Origin: Camelus ferus
Lineage: Eukaryota
Length of the DNA stretch: 64,000 nucleotides
Reading direction: 5' to 3'
NCBI RefSeq assembly: GCF_009834535.1
Contig: NC_045697.1
Span: 49,602,001-49,666,000 of the forward strand
Below, piece after piece: positions 12,451-25,299 of the stretch; the stretch's first letter is position 1, and the number at the start of each line of letters is the position of its first letter. The notes beneath the pieces are model-generated. The model did no database searches, was not told the origin of the DNA, and saw nothing but the letters and a program-made list of their open reading frames with translations. The position numbers were made by a program, and so were the translations under genes.

Positions 12451-14316
12451 ATAATCCTTATTAACTGAATTGGTAGCAGGTCTAAGACATGTGTTACACA
12501 TGTCTCAAAAGGTTAAATGTTATGAGTCTTGAAAGGTTAAAATTGTGATGAGTAAAGACACTCTCTAAGAAAAATGAGTATCCTTTAAGGAATTGGAGTT
12601 GATCCTCTTCCAATGCCTAGTCTTCATAGTTTGGGGTCCTAATTTACTTAGATAAGAGTGTGTGGCCCTTAAACATGCATGTAAAGTCATCCCTTACCCG
12701 CTTCCTCAGCAAAATGGCGGTAATGGAATTGGTTAATCTTTTAAGATCCAGTAGGGTTGAAAATAGTCAAATGAGGGTGTAGAGGAAAAGCCTTGTAAAG
12801 CAAAATGTCAGAAAAGTATTTTACGCTGAAATCTATAATAAAAATCAGTAATCAGTTAATATAATTCTAGTAATTTTACTCTTTTTAAAAATTCACCTGC
12901 TAATGGTGCTTGAATCTGATTCTTTTCCCTTTTTTTTTTTTCGTAAAAACAAAAAAACAAAAACATAACTGCCAGAGTCATCCTATGATACGTCTGGCAG
13001 CATCTTTTCTTCATCAGCATCAATTGGTAGATTTTTGTCTGATTTGTCTGGTTTCTCCTTTATTCGTTTTATTTATTTTATTTTTCCATTTATATCTTCT
13101 GGTGGCTTAATTTTGTACTTCAACTCAGATGATATAAATGTTTATTTATATGTTACAAGAGAGAAGGGAAACAGCTGAGGGAATGAAAAATGAAAACCTT
13201 CCCTTCCTTCAGGCACTAATAAGGCAATGCCTTAGTTGTTTAATAATTTTTTTTATTGTGAAAGTAACATATGACAATGGAAAAGTAGGAAGTACAGAGA
13301 AACATTAAGTAAGCCAGAAATATGAAACATGTTCTTACTTAAATAGAAAACCGAGCAGAATAATTTTAACTTAAGATTGATTCATAAACATGTTTGATTT
13401 CAGACTGAAATATAAACATGTAACAAAAAAATATTCTTCAATATTTAAATCTACAGCTTTCAATGTGTGTGTATCAAGGATATGTGTCATAGTTTACTTA
13501 ACCATTCACTATCACTTGTTAATTATGATGCCTCCAGTTTTTAAATAAGTAAATAACATCACAATGAATTTCTTTTTGCATATCTTAAGAGAGATAAATA
13601 CCCAAAAGTGGAATTATTGACTCAAAAAATACAAACATTTTAAAGTTTTTTACATATCTTGCCAAATTGCTTCTTTTAAAGGATAAATTAATATTTACTT
13701 GCAGCAAAAGTGTACATAGGAGCTTTTTTTCCGCATGTTGGATGTTTTCATGTTAAAATGTTTGCCAGTTTATTTATGGTTTGCCATTGTTTCCATTTAA
13801 CATCTCTTCCATATATGTCTAGCTAATGCTATGTCATTTTTCTATAAATGGAACATACTTTGCATGTTTATTGATTAGGTTTTCTTCCTTATTTCTAATC
13901 AAATTTTATGAGCCCCTTGATTCAAATTTGTGGCAGAAATGTGCAAGTACATAGTTTGTATTTATTTTGATTATATCCTCATAATATTCTTTAAAATTAG
14001 TCTATTGCCTCTAAGCTTAGAATGTCATTCCTCACCTATGTAACCACTGAAAAAAATTAAGACCTACTATGTACTAACATAAAGTGATGTCCAAGTTACA
14101 CTGTTAAGAGAAAAAAAGTAGTGCCCTGCAAAACATGTTTAATTATGATCCCATCTCTCCCACTCCCTCCCCCCGGCCCTCCATACACACACACATTTAT
14201 TTATTCACTGATTGCTTTTGAATCTCTCTTTTGTGGCAGAGATATGGAATTGAACAAAACAGACAAAATCTGAGACCTTATGGAACTAAGTTTATTGGAA
14301 AGGCCAACAAATTTTA

Positions 14317-14445
14317 TTGTTTTTGGGGGGGGAGGGGCGGGGTAGGTAATTAGGTTTATTCATTTTTAGAGGAGGTGCTGAGGATTGAACCCAGGACCTC
14401 ATGCATGCTAAGCATGCACTCTACCACTTGAGCTATACCCTCCCC
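14317..14445 (-). mobile_element. tRNA-Ala-derived SINE (Vic-1-like)
   Basis: A and B boxes; ttagcat anticodon-like arm; TSD ccaacaa(a/t)tttta at 14304-14316 / 14446-14458. Confidence 0.9.
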
Positions 14446-14894
14446 CCAACAATTTTTAAAAACCCAGCAAATGATAAATACAATGTCAGGTAGTGATAAG
14501 TGCTATTGACAGAAGTAGAGCAGGGTAAGAGGTGGAGAGTGACTGGGGCTCTGACACCTTCCTGAAGTAGCATTAGATCAGAAAGTATTGAATGAAGCAG
14601 CTAGTGTAATATTTTATATAAGCATATGGATAGAAAAATACCAAAGCTCTGTATTCCCCTTCTCAGTAAATATTACTGGTGGCTCTTCTGTCACCCAGAC
14701 AAAGCATCCTACCCTAGAATTCTCCCTTATTCCCTGTAACTAGTTAATCATCACATTTTTGCCACCTATATACTTCTCAAAATCTATTTTCTACTTGCCA
14801 TTGTCATCTCTTAGGCCCTTGTCACTTTTTGTTCTTTTCCACTTTTTGAAAAAGATACATTAATTCATTTTTATGTGCCAAATAATGCACAACT

Positions 14895-15810
14895 AAAATA
14901 TATAACCCACAGAAGCTAACTTGGTGGGGCTTCCACTGGTCAAATCAGGGATACTATGAGCATGAGAATGTATGTTGATAGTAATGGACTGTCAAATAGG
15001 AATCCACGAGTTCACACTGATTAGATAGAGAATTTTAAAAAATGAGAAAGGAGAAAAAATCTTCCTTATAGTAGAATTGCAGTTAATAAATGTAGAAAGA
15101 ATGATGGAATTAGGAAAATCACAATTTGTTAGCCACCATAACAAAAATTGATTTGGCCAAAAATGATCAGTGGCTGCTATGACTGGCAGGTGAAAGTATG
15201 ATGAAAAATGGGATATGTACATACTTTCAAAGTACCGCCTCACATAAGATACTTATTCATTACAAAGGGAAAATCATATAGTGGAGAATCTGTCAGACCT
15301 GGCATTAACCACATGATGGGAGCATCAGCATTAATAGGACACATGACATCACATGTCTCCACATGATGCATTGAGGACAGAATAGTACTTCTCTGGTATT
15401 TTTGCCAAAAATGCATAACCTAGCTCTAATATAAGTTAACAACAGAGGTTACCACATTCAGGGGCATTCTTCAAAATAATTGTCTTGTACTCCTTAAAAA
15501 TGTTAAGGTCATGAAAGAGAAAAAGACTGAGAAATGACTTTAGACTACAGAAGACTAAGGTGAACATATGATAACTAAATGCGTTTGTAATCTTGAATTG
15601 TATTGTGGACTGGAAGACTTTTTTTTTCCTTTTGCTATAAAGGATCCATTAATTGAACAATTGATGAAATTTGAGTGTCTACTATAGAATATAGTATTGT
15701 ATAAATGTTAATTCCTGATTATGATAATTGTATTGTGGATATAGAATAAAATGTCCTTGTCTTTTAAGAAATATACACTGAAGTGTTGAGGGGTAGAGGG
15801 ACATCGTGTC
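14895..15810 (+). mobile_element. Old L1MC-type 3' region
   Basis: ccacataagatacttattcattacaaagggaaaa and aatgttaattcctgattatgataattgtattgtgg motifs. Confidence 0.65.
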
Positions 15811-16296
15811 CAAAAAAAGTTTCAACTAGAGCCTCTTCTAGATGCTTTTTAATGGATAGAGGGTACATGGCAATCTACTAGTTGTTTGATAGAGTATCCA
15901 CAATGACCACTCACAGGTTTCTTTGAAACTCCTGGATTTGTTCATTCAGTAGCCACCATTGAGTGTCAATGTATCAAGCACATTACTAGGCACAGGATGA
16001 GGCAAAAACAATTGAAATGTGTCCTCAGGGAATTGACAGCCTATGGGAGATAAGCCAGAGAGAGAATTAATGAAAGTGATAAAAAATGTAGTAAATACTA
16101 GCATTTGAGGAATGTGGGTGATGGGAATTCATTTACTATTTTTGCAACTTTTCAGGACCTATGAAATTATTTCAAAATAAAAAAAGTTTAAAATGTATTG
16201 TAAAAACTATTAGAAAGATAAAAAGAAAAAAACAGTAAAAGAAGATAATTTCACAAACTGGAGTTTTCTAGACAACTTTCAAAACTTGTACCTCTA

Positions 16297-16430
16297 GGTG
16301 GGGAGGATATAGCTCAAGTGGCAGAGTGCATGCTTAGCACGAGGTCCTGGGTTCAATCCCCAGTACCTTCTCTAAAAATAAATAAACTTAATTACCTCCT
16401 CTGCCCCCCCCCCAAATTAAAAACAAAACA
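16297..16430 (+). mobile_element. tRNA-Ala-derived SINE (Vic-1-like)
   Basis: tatagctcaagtggcagag...ggttcaatccc; A-rich tail; TSD aaaacttgtac(c/a)tc at 16281-16294 / 16431-16444. Confidence 0.9.
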
Positions 16431-17859
16431 AAAACTTGTACATCAATTAGGCCTCAAAGAAAGAGCTCAACAAATTCCACAAAGCACAGAAATGTATGTG
16501 CCCCACTGACAGACTACGAGCACTAAAATAAGTAAAAATACAGAGTTTAAATTTAAAAATCCAAACTACTTAGACAATCTCAATCAACTCTCTCTACACC
16601 ATAACTGAATCAAAGAACAAATACTATACTTCCAAACTATTTAGAATGCAGCAGTAGTGAATAAAACCTATAGGATGTGGCCTGAACTATAGGCCAGGGA
16701 AGATCCACAATCTAAAAACTATTATTAGTCATCAAGAAAGAATAAAAATATGCAAATCATATACTATTCTAGAAGGGAGGGCAAAAACATAAAAATACGA
16801 GGGGGTTTGAAGGGATAAATTGGGAAATTGAAAATTGCATCTCTTGGGGAATGATGGAAATGTTAGCTATCTTGATTGTGGTAGTGGTTTCATGGGTGGA
16901 TACATCTATCAAAATTTATCAGATTGTACATTTGAAATACATGTAGTTTACTGTACGGGAATCATACCACAATAAAGGTGTTAAAAGAAATACTAGAAGC
17001 CCATGAGGGAGACTGTGGTGCCTTCCCTCTGTGCGCTCACAGGGGTCAGTTAGCCAAGGAACGGAGCAGTTTAGGGAGTACTTTCAGTGGGCCGGTACCA
17101 AGTGCTGGTTGGAGAGGCTAACAAGAGTATCCCTTTTGGAACTTACAGGGTGTGTGTGTATGAGAGGGGAAATGCCAGATATTAAGTTATGCATTCAAAA
17201 ATTCAGTGAATGTTATCAAGAGGCACAAACTGCTCATCAGTATCCCTAGTGGAACATCACTTAACAGTACCCTCTGTTGTCACTGCCTCCCTACTGTCTC
17301 TCTCTGGCTCTCCCTCTTTTTCTCTGTCTCTGTCCCTTTTTGTTTTTCTCTTTTTTTTCTTGCTTGCTTTCTCCTTCTCACTCCCCATTACCTGAAGACA
17401 CTCTGTTTCAATTATTTTTGCCTCATCCTGAGCCTGGTGTTCTGCCTGATACTTTGGTGCTCAGTGGTGGCTACTGAATGAATAAATGAATGTACAAATG
17501 AATGCATGAATCCCATAAGTTATTATTAACTGGACACTCTGCCAGACCACCTGCTGGTTACCATTTGAGTTATACCATTTATAAAAAAAAACATCTAGAA
17601 AAGAACCTAGGAACTATATAATATACAGCCTAGACAAGCTAGTAGACTATTTAAGCAGTACTAGGTTAATTGAAATTCTATGAAGGGTAGTTGTGTAAGA
17701 AAAAAATCATACCTAACTTGCCTTTAGAGTGCTTGAGTGAGATATTTCTGTTGCTTGGGGAAATCAGCAGATACAGGTTACTTTGGCTTTTCACAGACTT
17801 TGGATAAAGGTTCACGTCCAAGGCCCACATTGGGGTGGGAATGTGTAGTGTCAAAGGAA

Positions 17860-18260
17860 AAGCTGAGGTGTTTAAGAGAAAAAGTGGTAAGAAAAGAAGT
17901 GGAAGTGATAGGTAAGCACTAAATTAGGTATGACTTGTAGGCCACCGTAAGGATTTGGGATTGTATTGTGTTGCCTTTGGAGGGTTTTGAGAATGGCATC
18001 TGATTTGTAAAGGATCTGGTTGCTGTGGGAATAGAACATTGTAAAATAAGAGTGGAACATCAAGACGAAGTAGAAGGCTGTGGCAGTAGGTGATGGTGGC
18101 CTGGACAACGATAATATCACTAATAGTGATGAGCAGTGTTTAATCCAGAATAAGTGTTGAAGGTGGTGGGAACAGAACTTTACTGATGATCTGCTGTGTG
18201 GTGTGAGAAAAAGAGAGTCAAGGCTGACTTAAAAAGTTTTGGCTTGAGCCTCTGAATGAA
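17860..18260. mobile_element. L2 fragment
   Basis: gtaggccaccgtaaggatttgg, gatggtggcctggac, gagagtcaaggctgact motifs. Confidence 0.7.
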
Positions 18261-18714
18261 TACATTTGTACTGGTCTTCCTGCCTTACTGTCTGTTGGGG
18301 AGTGGTTGTTTCATGGAGGCTATCTTTGAAGGGCAGACAGATTAGTTAGGAGGATCCTCTAGTCCTTGTGGGAAGATGAAAGGGGCCTGGACCTGGGCAG
18401 AGGCTCTAAGTGTGGAGAGGCTTTCAGAGGGACAGACCTGAGAGACATTTAGGAAGTAAAAATCACTCACAGGATTTGGGGACTGACGGAAATGTTAGCT
18501 ATCTTGATTGTGGTCATGGTTTCATAGGTGTATACATCTATCAAAATTCATCAAATTGTACATTTGAAATATGTGTAGTTTACTATACAGGAATCATATC
18601 ACAATAAAGGTGTTAAAAAATCACTATGTAGGAAAATAGTTTGGGGTTTTTCAATAAAATTGAAGATAATTGGATCTTTTTCCCAATAACTCCACCTATT
18701 GTTATATATCCTAG

Positions 18715-19095
18715 AGCGGAAGTTGCCTGAAGCCTGCTTTACATAGCCCAAGAGCTCAGAATATTTCTTTTACATTTTTATAGGATTTAAAAAAGATGGG
18801 TTGAGTAGGATACTGTAACAGAGACCATTTATGGCCCTCAAAACCTAAAAGATTTACTCTGGTCCTTTACAGTGTAAGTTGGCCAACCCATGGTATAGAT
18901 CAGTGGTTTTAAAAATGTGGTTCCTAGAGCAGCAGCAGCAGCAGCATCACCTGGGAACTTGTTAGAAATGCAGATTCTTGGGCCTCAAACAGGCTTGCTG
19001 AATTAGAAACTCTGGGAACTGGGCCCAGCAATCTGTGTTTTAACAAGCTCTCCAGGTGATTCTGATGCATATTAATTTCTGAGAATTGCCACTCT
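18715..19095. mobile_element. Adjacent hAT-Charlie MITEs (MER58-like, then MER5A-like)
   Basis: acagagacc...aaacctaaaa..tttact.tggtcctttacag; cagcatcacctgggaacttgttagaaatgcagattct...ccaggtgattctgatgca. Confidence 0.8.
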
Positions 19096-19224
19096 AGAGG
19101 AATTTTTGCACCTGGTGAGGAGTAACAGTGTGTTGCATAAGAGTTTCAAACTGAAAACTGTATAAGTGTCACTCAACCGAAGAGATAAATGAGTTATGGC
19201 AATTAATACAATGAGAGCATTCTA

Positions 19225-19410
19225 TAGCTTGTGGTTAAGGGCATGGAGTGTGAAGGCAGACCACTTGTGTTTGAATCCCAACTCCACCAGAATAGTAGCT
19301 GTGTGACCTTGGGCAAGTTACCTGATCTCTCTAAGCCTCAGTTTCCTCAGGTGTAAAATGGGCATAAAAATAGTGACAACTTTATAGGGTTATTGTGAGC
19401 ATTAAACAAA
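19225..19410 (+). mobile_element. MIR SINE
   Basis: gctgtgtgaccttgggcaagttacc...gcctcagtttcctcaggtgtaaaatggg. Confidence 0.85.
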
Positions 19411-20759
19411 GTAGAAGAGTGGTCAGCATTAAACAAAGTAGAAGAGTGGTCAGTACATAAGTATTAGATTTGAAGGGCGATCTGCATGTAACATACTATG
19501 ATGCTTTAAGGAAAAACGTGTTAAAGTTCACTTCATAAAAGTGAGTCTGCCCAGATATTTTGGACATAACAAAATATTAAGCAACCTAAGGTGAAAGCAG
19601 TGTAGATTTTGGAGGTTCAGATGTTGGCATGGCCCTATAAACCTCAGTTTTCACATGTGAAAAAAACCTTGAAATTACTCTAATAGGATTGTGAAGAAAA
19701 CTGGTGAAACGTATATGCCCGCATTTTGTTTGGTATATGGGCATTTAATAAATGTGTTCCCTGCCTTTCATTTCTTTCACCAATTTCCTCAGCCCTTCCT
19801 TGCAAAATTTCTCAGCTGTCTTGACAGTCTCAAAGAAGCATTGCCAGAACTAAGGTGCAAAGTGGCTCCCTTGACTGTAAGGAGATTTGGCTTTTTCCAT
19901 GAATCAAGGTCATGCGAGTCAGTGTCTAGTGTTTTCCCAGCTACGCCCCCGGGGCCAAGTCCTAGATCTAGGACAGGGCTGTAATCCTGATATCTCCTGG
20001 GATTTTAGACTTTTCGCTGCCTTAGTATGTAGAATGCTTAGTTTGTATTTAGCAACACCTAAACACTGAACGAGCACACAAAGAAAGACTTTTTTCTTTC
20101 CCTGCGAAGGCCACGTTGTATTTTTTTCTACTTCCCAGTACTTAGGACCCAGTAAGCCCCGTAATATATATTGCGTTGAGCTTGTTTGTATGATTTAACC
20201 TCGGTGGAGCTTAAAAACCTCCGTTTCCTAGGCAGAGTTTAGGGTGCAATCAGCCGAAACCACTGGCTGCATTTTATGCATTCATGTGTAGAGCAGCAAC
20301 CTGCAGGTACGTAGCTCAGGGAGAAAAATCACTAAACTCCCTCCCTCTTCACATTAATAATCAAAGGGGAGCAGAAATATCGGTCTCCACACGACAGCGC
20401 AGTAGGCACAGCGCTGCAGCAACCCTGTTCCTGCTGGGGCGCGATCTCGAAGGCCGGCGAGGCCAGAACCTCGGGGCCGGAGAAAGGCAGCCTCCTTGTG
20501 ACGTCAAATCAGCGGACTCTCGCCCCGGCTCCAGGCCGGTTCCGGTTCCCCGGCTTTCCGGGCGGCGAGAGGACGTGTGCGCGGCGGCGTTCTGCGCGTG
20601 CTCCGCAGAGGGACGCGAGAAGGTTGGGTCCGGCTCGCGGAGGAGATGCGTGATTGGCTGAAGCTGTGCTGGGGGGTTCCCCAGCCCTTTCGGCAGGGGT
20701 AAAACAATAAGAGGGGGCGGCGGCAAAGGGGGCGGGACGTCCGTGTTCCTTGTCGCTCG

Positions 20760-20944
20760 CCGCAGTGCCTGGCGCCAGGGAAGAGGTGGTTGTAAGGGGA
20801 ACGAGCTCGCGGCTCTCTGGCTTCCGAGGTTTTAGGTTTGTCGGAGGGAGGGGGCGGCAAGCGAGAAGAACCCGCTGCAGCCGGTCCTCGGCGACTCTCC
20901 CGCTGACCTCCGCGCGACGTACCCGCCGCCGCTGTTGGTTGGAG
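20760..20944 (+). other. G3BP2: G3BP2 non-coding first exon, candidate 1a (5' end approximate)
   Basis: Donor GAG|gtgtgt at 20944/20945 inside the CpG island. The exon end resembles the human G3BP2 5' UTR as recalled. The TSS cannot be determined from sequence. Confidence 0.55.
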
Positions 20945-20999
20945 GTGTGTACGGGGGCCGGGAAGGGCGGTCGGTGTGGTGGTCGGAAGGGGACATTCC

Positions 21000-21137
21000 C
21001 ATCGCGCGCCGCGGCTCGAGGCAACCGTCCTGTGCGTGAGCCCCGGTGTCGGAGGTGCTGCGGCAGAGAGAGACATTGTTCTTGCCGGCTACCTACTCTG
21101 TTGTCTGTGCGTGAGAGAAGCCAGCCCTTTCTCTCAG
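21000..21137 (+). other. G3BP2: G3BP2 non-coding first exon, candidate 1b (5' end approximate)
   Basis: Strong donor CAG|gtgagg at 21137/21138, followed by G-run-rich intron-like sequence. Resembles a recalled alternative human 5' UTR (gagagagacattgttcttgccggct...). Confidence 0.6.
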
Positions 21138-21949
21138 GTGAGGGATGGGTGGTTACCGGCGCGCGTCGTGCGGACGGAGGGCTCCGGGGGCACAGGTGGG
21201 GCCGGGGTTGGTTGGGGACGAGGTGGCGAGGTGGGAAAGGGGACACAGCGGTTCCCAAAGGCATGCTGAGAGAGGCTTGGGACGGGACGTGGGGGAGTGG
21301 GCTTTCCGGAGGGGGTGTTTTCTGAATGGAAGCCCACCAGCCTGGTCTCCGACTCTTTTGCGGCTCTTATTCCCGGTTCCCCGGGAGCGGGGAGGCAGTC
21401 GCCGCCCCGCCCGTGGGGGAGGGGAAAAGAGGCTGTGTCGGCGGAGGCAGAAGCGACGCAGATGCGAAAGTAGCGGCCTCCGGGCACCATTTCTGTGCAC
21501 CGAAACAGAATCCGGGTTTGAAGGCAGCCGTCGCTTTGCTTACCCAGTACCTGATGTTCCGCTGTTCTTGACCCCCCTGGGGTTTATCCCGAAAGAGTTC
21601 AGAAACCCGGGCTATATATAACGTACGCTTTCTCCGTGACCTTTTTTTATGCAGGCGATCTCTTACTGACCCAGGAATAGAAGAGATGTTTGAATGCTTT
21701 GGGGAATGGGTTTCGACCTCTTCTTCCACCTCTTCTTTGGGGGTGTGGGGAGGATAGCAAGGGGAGGAACGTAAGCGTCCCTAGATTGTGTTGATTTTGG
21801 TAGTCGAATAAGATCAAATTTTACCTGCATCTCTAAAGACAGATGTCTTAAGATGGCCTTGTGCCGCTTTGAGGCAAATATAGACTTGCATCTAGTTTTC
21901 CGCATAGATCAGTTTTTATTCCCCAAAGTATACCTAATTTCTTAACAGG

Positions 21950-21968
21950 TTTTTTTTGTTTGTTTGTT

Positions 21969-21999
<31 letters not shown>

Positions 22000-22000
22000 G
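21950..22000. repeat. (TTTG)n/(TTTTG)n simple repeat
   Basis: Seen directly. Confidence 0.9.
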
Positions 22001-25000
22001 TATGGGAGGTACCGTTCGTTCCTCTGTTAAAATACAAACAAAAACACGTGCACCGAAGCGGGAATAATACAGCAAAGTTGTTTTCTCTTTGCCTCCGTAT
22101 GATTGTGATATAAACTTGTGTTAAAATACTGGTTTTTAGGTTCAAAACTTCACACCTTGTGCTACCTTTCCGAATGTTAGCATTGCATGTACCTGAATCT
22201 ATGAACCATTAACTGCAGTTAGGGAGCCCCGTATACTAGAGGGGAAGACGATGAGAATTCCTTGTCTAGCTCCATATTTGGCAATTAATATAGCCATAAG
22301 CATGTGAACAAAGTTTATAAGTAAACACTTGCTCCTGTTAGTATCTAGTGGTCCTTTGGATGCCCCAAATTCCCGATCTCAGAAAATAGACGGTATAATT
22401 AGTTTGAACCTCTTAGAACTGAATTATGTGTTTTTCTGGTGATACTGCCTTCTCGTTTTATTAAATTTATAGGATTAGTCATGTGTTTCCTTGTGTTATG
22501 ACTTAATCTCTAGAGGCTGTTTAGTTCTGGAAGATTATCAAGGAATTGTAGGGAGGATAAGGACTTCAAATGGATTGCTTACTGTCTAAGAGGTGGTATA
22601 GTTTAGGTTGTTGAATATTGGAGGTTGAAATGTTGGTCAGTGGTGAACAAGGAGCAAGAGTGGAAAGAACCAGAATGTGGGGTGGATGGGGACCTGAAAT
22701 GAAAGGAAGGTAAAGGAGACAAGTCTTTAATAATTGGTGATAGTCGAATTGAGTGTTTAGTTAGTAGGTGAGCAGTTGAATGGTCAGCAGATAAACTCCT
22801 GAATTTGAATAGTATTGATTGGGACTATTAGTAGTAATAAATATTCATTATCTATATTTCACTTACGAGAGATTAAAAAATGAAAATTTCAGTTATTGGT
22901 TACTGAAAATCTATAAATACCAACAGTATCTTTAGATTAACAGCTTCCTTGTCCTAAACAGTTATTGCATTGATTATCCATTATCAAGGTTGAAAATTCT
23001 TTCCTAACTTGTTTTAAATAAGACTTTTCCAACATATTTTAAAACTGGGTATGAAGGTGAGAAGTGACCCCTTTTCCAGGCTGGTTTTGATAGGTATAAA
23101 CTTAAGGATTGTTTCTGAACTTAAATTCAGTAGGATTTAATTGACGGACTCCACTGGGACACATTTAAGAGCTGATAGAACAAATACGTTCTATCTCTCG
23201 GAACACTGGATTGGCTTCAGAAGCCAGAATCAGCTTTTTTGATTGCTAATTTTTATCTTGTAATTTCTAGATAGATTACCTATGTTGACATACCATCATG
23301 GGTATGTAGGGATGACTCCCTTGGATTTCCTATTATGTTACGGTCCTCTGCCTTTTAGATCCTCCCAACAGTATCAAATAAGCTAACAGTTGGGCTTAAA
23401 ATTTTTTTTATATTCTTACATCCCTGGCAGTTCTTCAAAAGCAGTTTGTTCTTAAACAGGTATAATGAAAACATCACTAGAGGCAGGAGACTTGATTTCA
23501 AATCCTCTCTCACAACTACTGAGAGACCTTGAATTTTTTTCCTTAGGCTTTCAAAATACCAGTTTCCTTTTCTGTAAATAAAGCAAATACCTACCTATAT
23601 CAAGGAGATAAAGGAATGTGTAGGTTACTTGTTAAACTTTAAAGCAGAATATAAATACATGCTTTTGTTTTTGTGGGGTGGCATTTCCATTTCTTTAATG
23701 CTTGGTCACTTTTAATAGCTTCTGAACTTCAAAACTTGCCTCCTTACCTTTGGAGACTGAGGAAAGGAAAGATTTAATCTGCAACTACCTTTTATCGTTT
23801 ATTTCTATGAGTGGTTCTTAGGTCTTATTTGTGATGCTTTCATTCTCTGGTGTGCCACAACACATTGAAGGTCACTACTCTAAATAGATAAATGCATTGT
23901 TGTTTTGATTGGTAAGGTAATTTTAAACAAAGACCATCTGGAATTTCTGTAAGTACCGGTTTTAATATGCGGTTAGCTGTTGAGAATGGGTATAGTCCAT
24001 GGCTCAGTGAGAAAGTGCCTGGGTCTGACTAATGTGAGCCCAGCCATGAGTGAGGGGCTCTAGAGAGGAGGGGGAAGTAAGCATCCAATAGTAGAGATGA
24101 ACTGTCCTAGCACAGATACAGTCTTTGGTAATAACATAGTTTCTGGTAAGGAGACCTGCATCCTGTTACTGGAGATCTTACTCTTTTTATAAAAAGCAAG
24201 ATAAAGTAGTGCATGTAACTTTACAGTACTGAAAAGTTATTTTTGTAGATTTTAAAAATTTTTCAAAATGTCATTTTCTTTTGATTTCTTGACTTTTAAA
24301 AATAAGACTTCTTAGCAGTTAATTGACTACTTAGCAGTTTTCATTTTGGATGTTTTCTCCAAGCACTGAAATAGCCCCAAAGTGTGACAGGAAATTTCAT
24401 GTCAGTAGTTTGCAATAAGTGAAAATTTTTTCCACCCTAGAACTGCCTGAGTATCAAAGATGCTGCAGTTCTCAGCATTCATTATAGATGGTGCTCAGAA
24501 TATTCCAGGCTCCTGGAAGAGTGAATTTTTGATTATGTGTTTTTGATGCTTACGTGTAGTGGTGGTGGTTGCAGCCAGTTTAAGGTTGTTTAAGGTTAAC
24601 AGTTTAATATAATTAGATTTTTTGATCATACGTAGATCTAGCCATTTTATTACTGAATAGAGAATGGAGATGCCATTTCAGAGATCCCTAAAGTTAGAAA
24701 GAATTGATGGAGTACAAAATTATTTCACTTGGATAACCTTGTCTTTTCTATTGTAATCTGCTCTGATAATTATTTTGCTGTAGTAAATCTAAGAACTTAA
24801 TTTCATTTTCTTGTGCAAGTGATAACATTGCCTTTACATTATTGAAATCCTACGTTAGTTGCAAATTTTATACACTTTCAAATTTTTTTCTATGGTTTTT
24901 ATAGTCTTTGGCAATATTTTAATGACTGCATATGAGCTGATTTTACAGTTGGGGGTTCAGTGTATTATATTTTTGTTTCCAAGACTATTAATTTAATACC

Positions 25001-25146
25001 ATATTAGAAAAAATAGTACTTTATCAGGCAGACATATCAACTATTTTTTAAGTTGCCTCTTGGAAACATTAAAGTTCAAGACTGCACCTTAGGATCTAAG
25101 CAGGAAGTTTTTCATTATTATTCTTTCACTATATAACTGCTCATTT

Positions 25147-25299
25147 TATTTTTTGTGTGTTTTGTGGAGGGGTGGTAATTAGGTATATTTATTTATTTTT
25201 AGAGGAGGTACTGGGAATTGAACCCAGGATCTCCTGCATGCTGTGCATGCTAAGCATGCACTCTACCACTGAGCTATATATATATACACCCTGCCCTGT
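25147..25299 (-). mobile_element. tRNA-Ala-derived SINE (Vic-1-like)
   Basis: TSD ctgctcattt at 25137-25146 / 25300-25309; internal slippage (tgcatgct duplicated, TA expansion). Confidence 0.9.

Larger units (their letters stand above)
20380..21620 (+). promoter_or_regulatory. G3BP2: CpG-island promoter of G3BP2
   Basis: GC- and CpG-rich block in an AT-rich background. Palindromic CRE TGACGTCA 20499-20506; ETS-type TTCCGG 20540-20545 and 20556-20561; inverted CCAAT (ATTGG) 20653-20657; GC boxes 20714-20720 and 20729-20736. Confidence 0.9.

Noticed and set aside
12710..12720. YY1-like motif CAAAATGGCGG
   Set aside because: Sits in a decayed MIR core (cttcctca...aaaatgg..taat) with no promoter context.
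14317..14445. tRNA-Ala-like sequences as real tRNA genes
   Set aside because: All copies have A-rich tails and divergent stems, and most have TSDs; they are SINEs.
19466..19495. Weak similarity to the 5' end of 7SK RNA (gatttgaagggcgatctg...)
   Set aside because: Under 30 nt with several mismatches, and no continuation, tail or TSD; likely chance.
20284..21729. Many overlapping long ORFs (up to 251 aa) on both strands
   Set aside because: Expected scarcity of stop codons in a GC-rich CpG island; low-complexity Arg/Pro/Gly/Ala translations with no recognisable domain.
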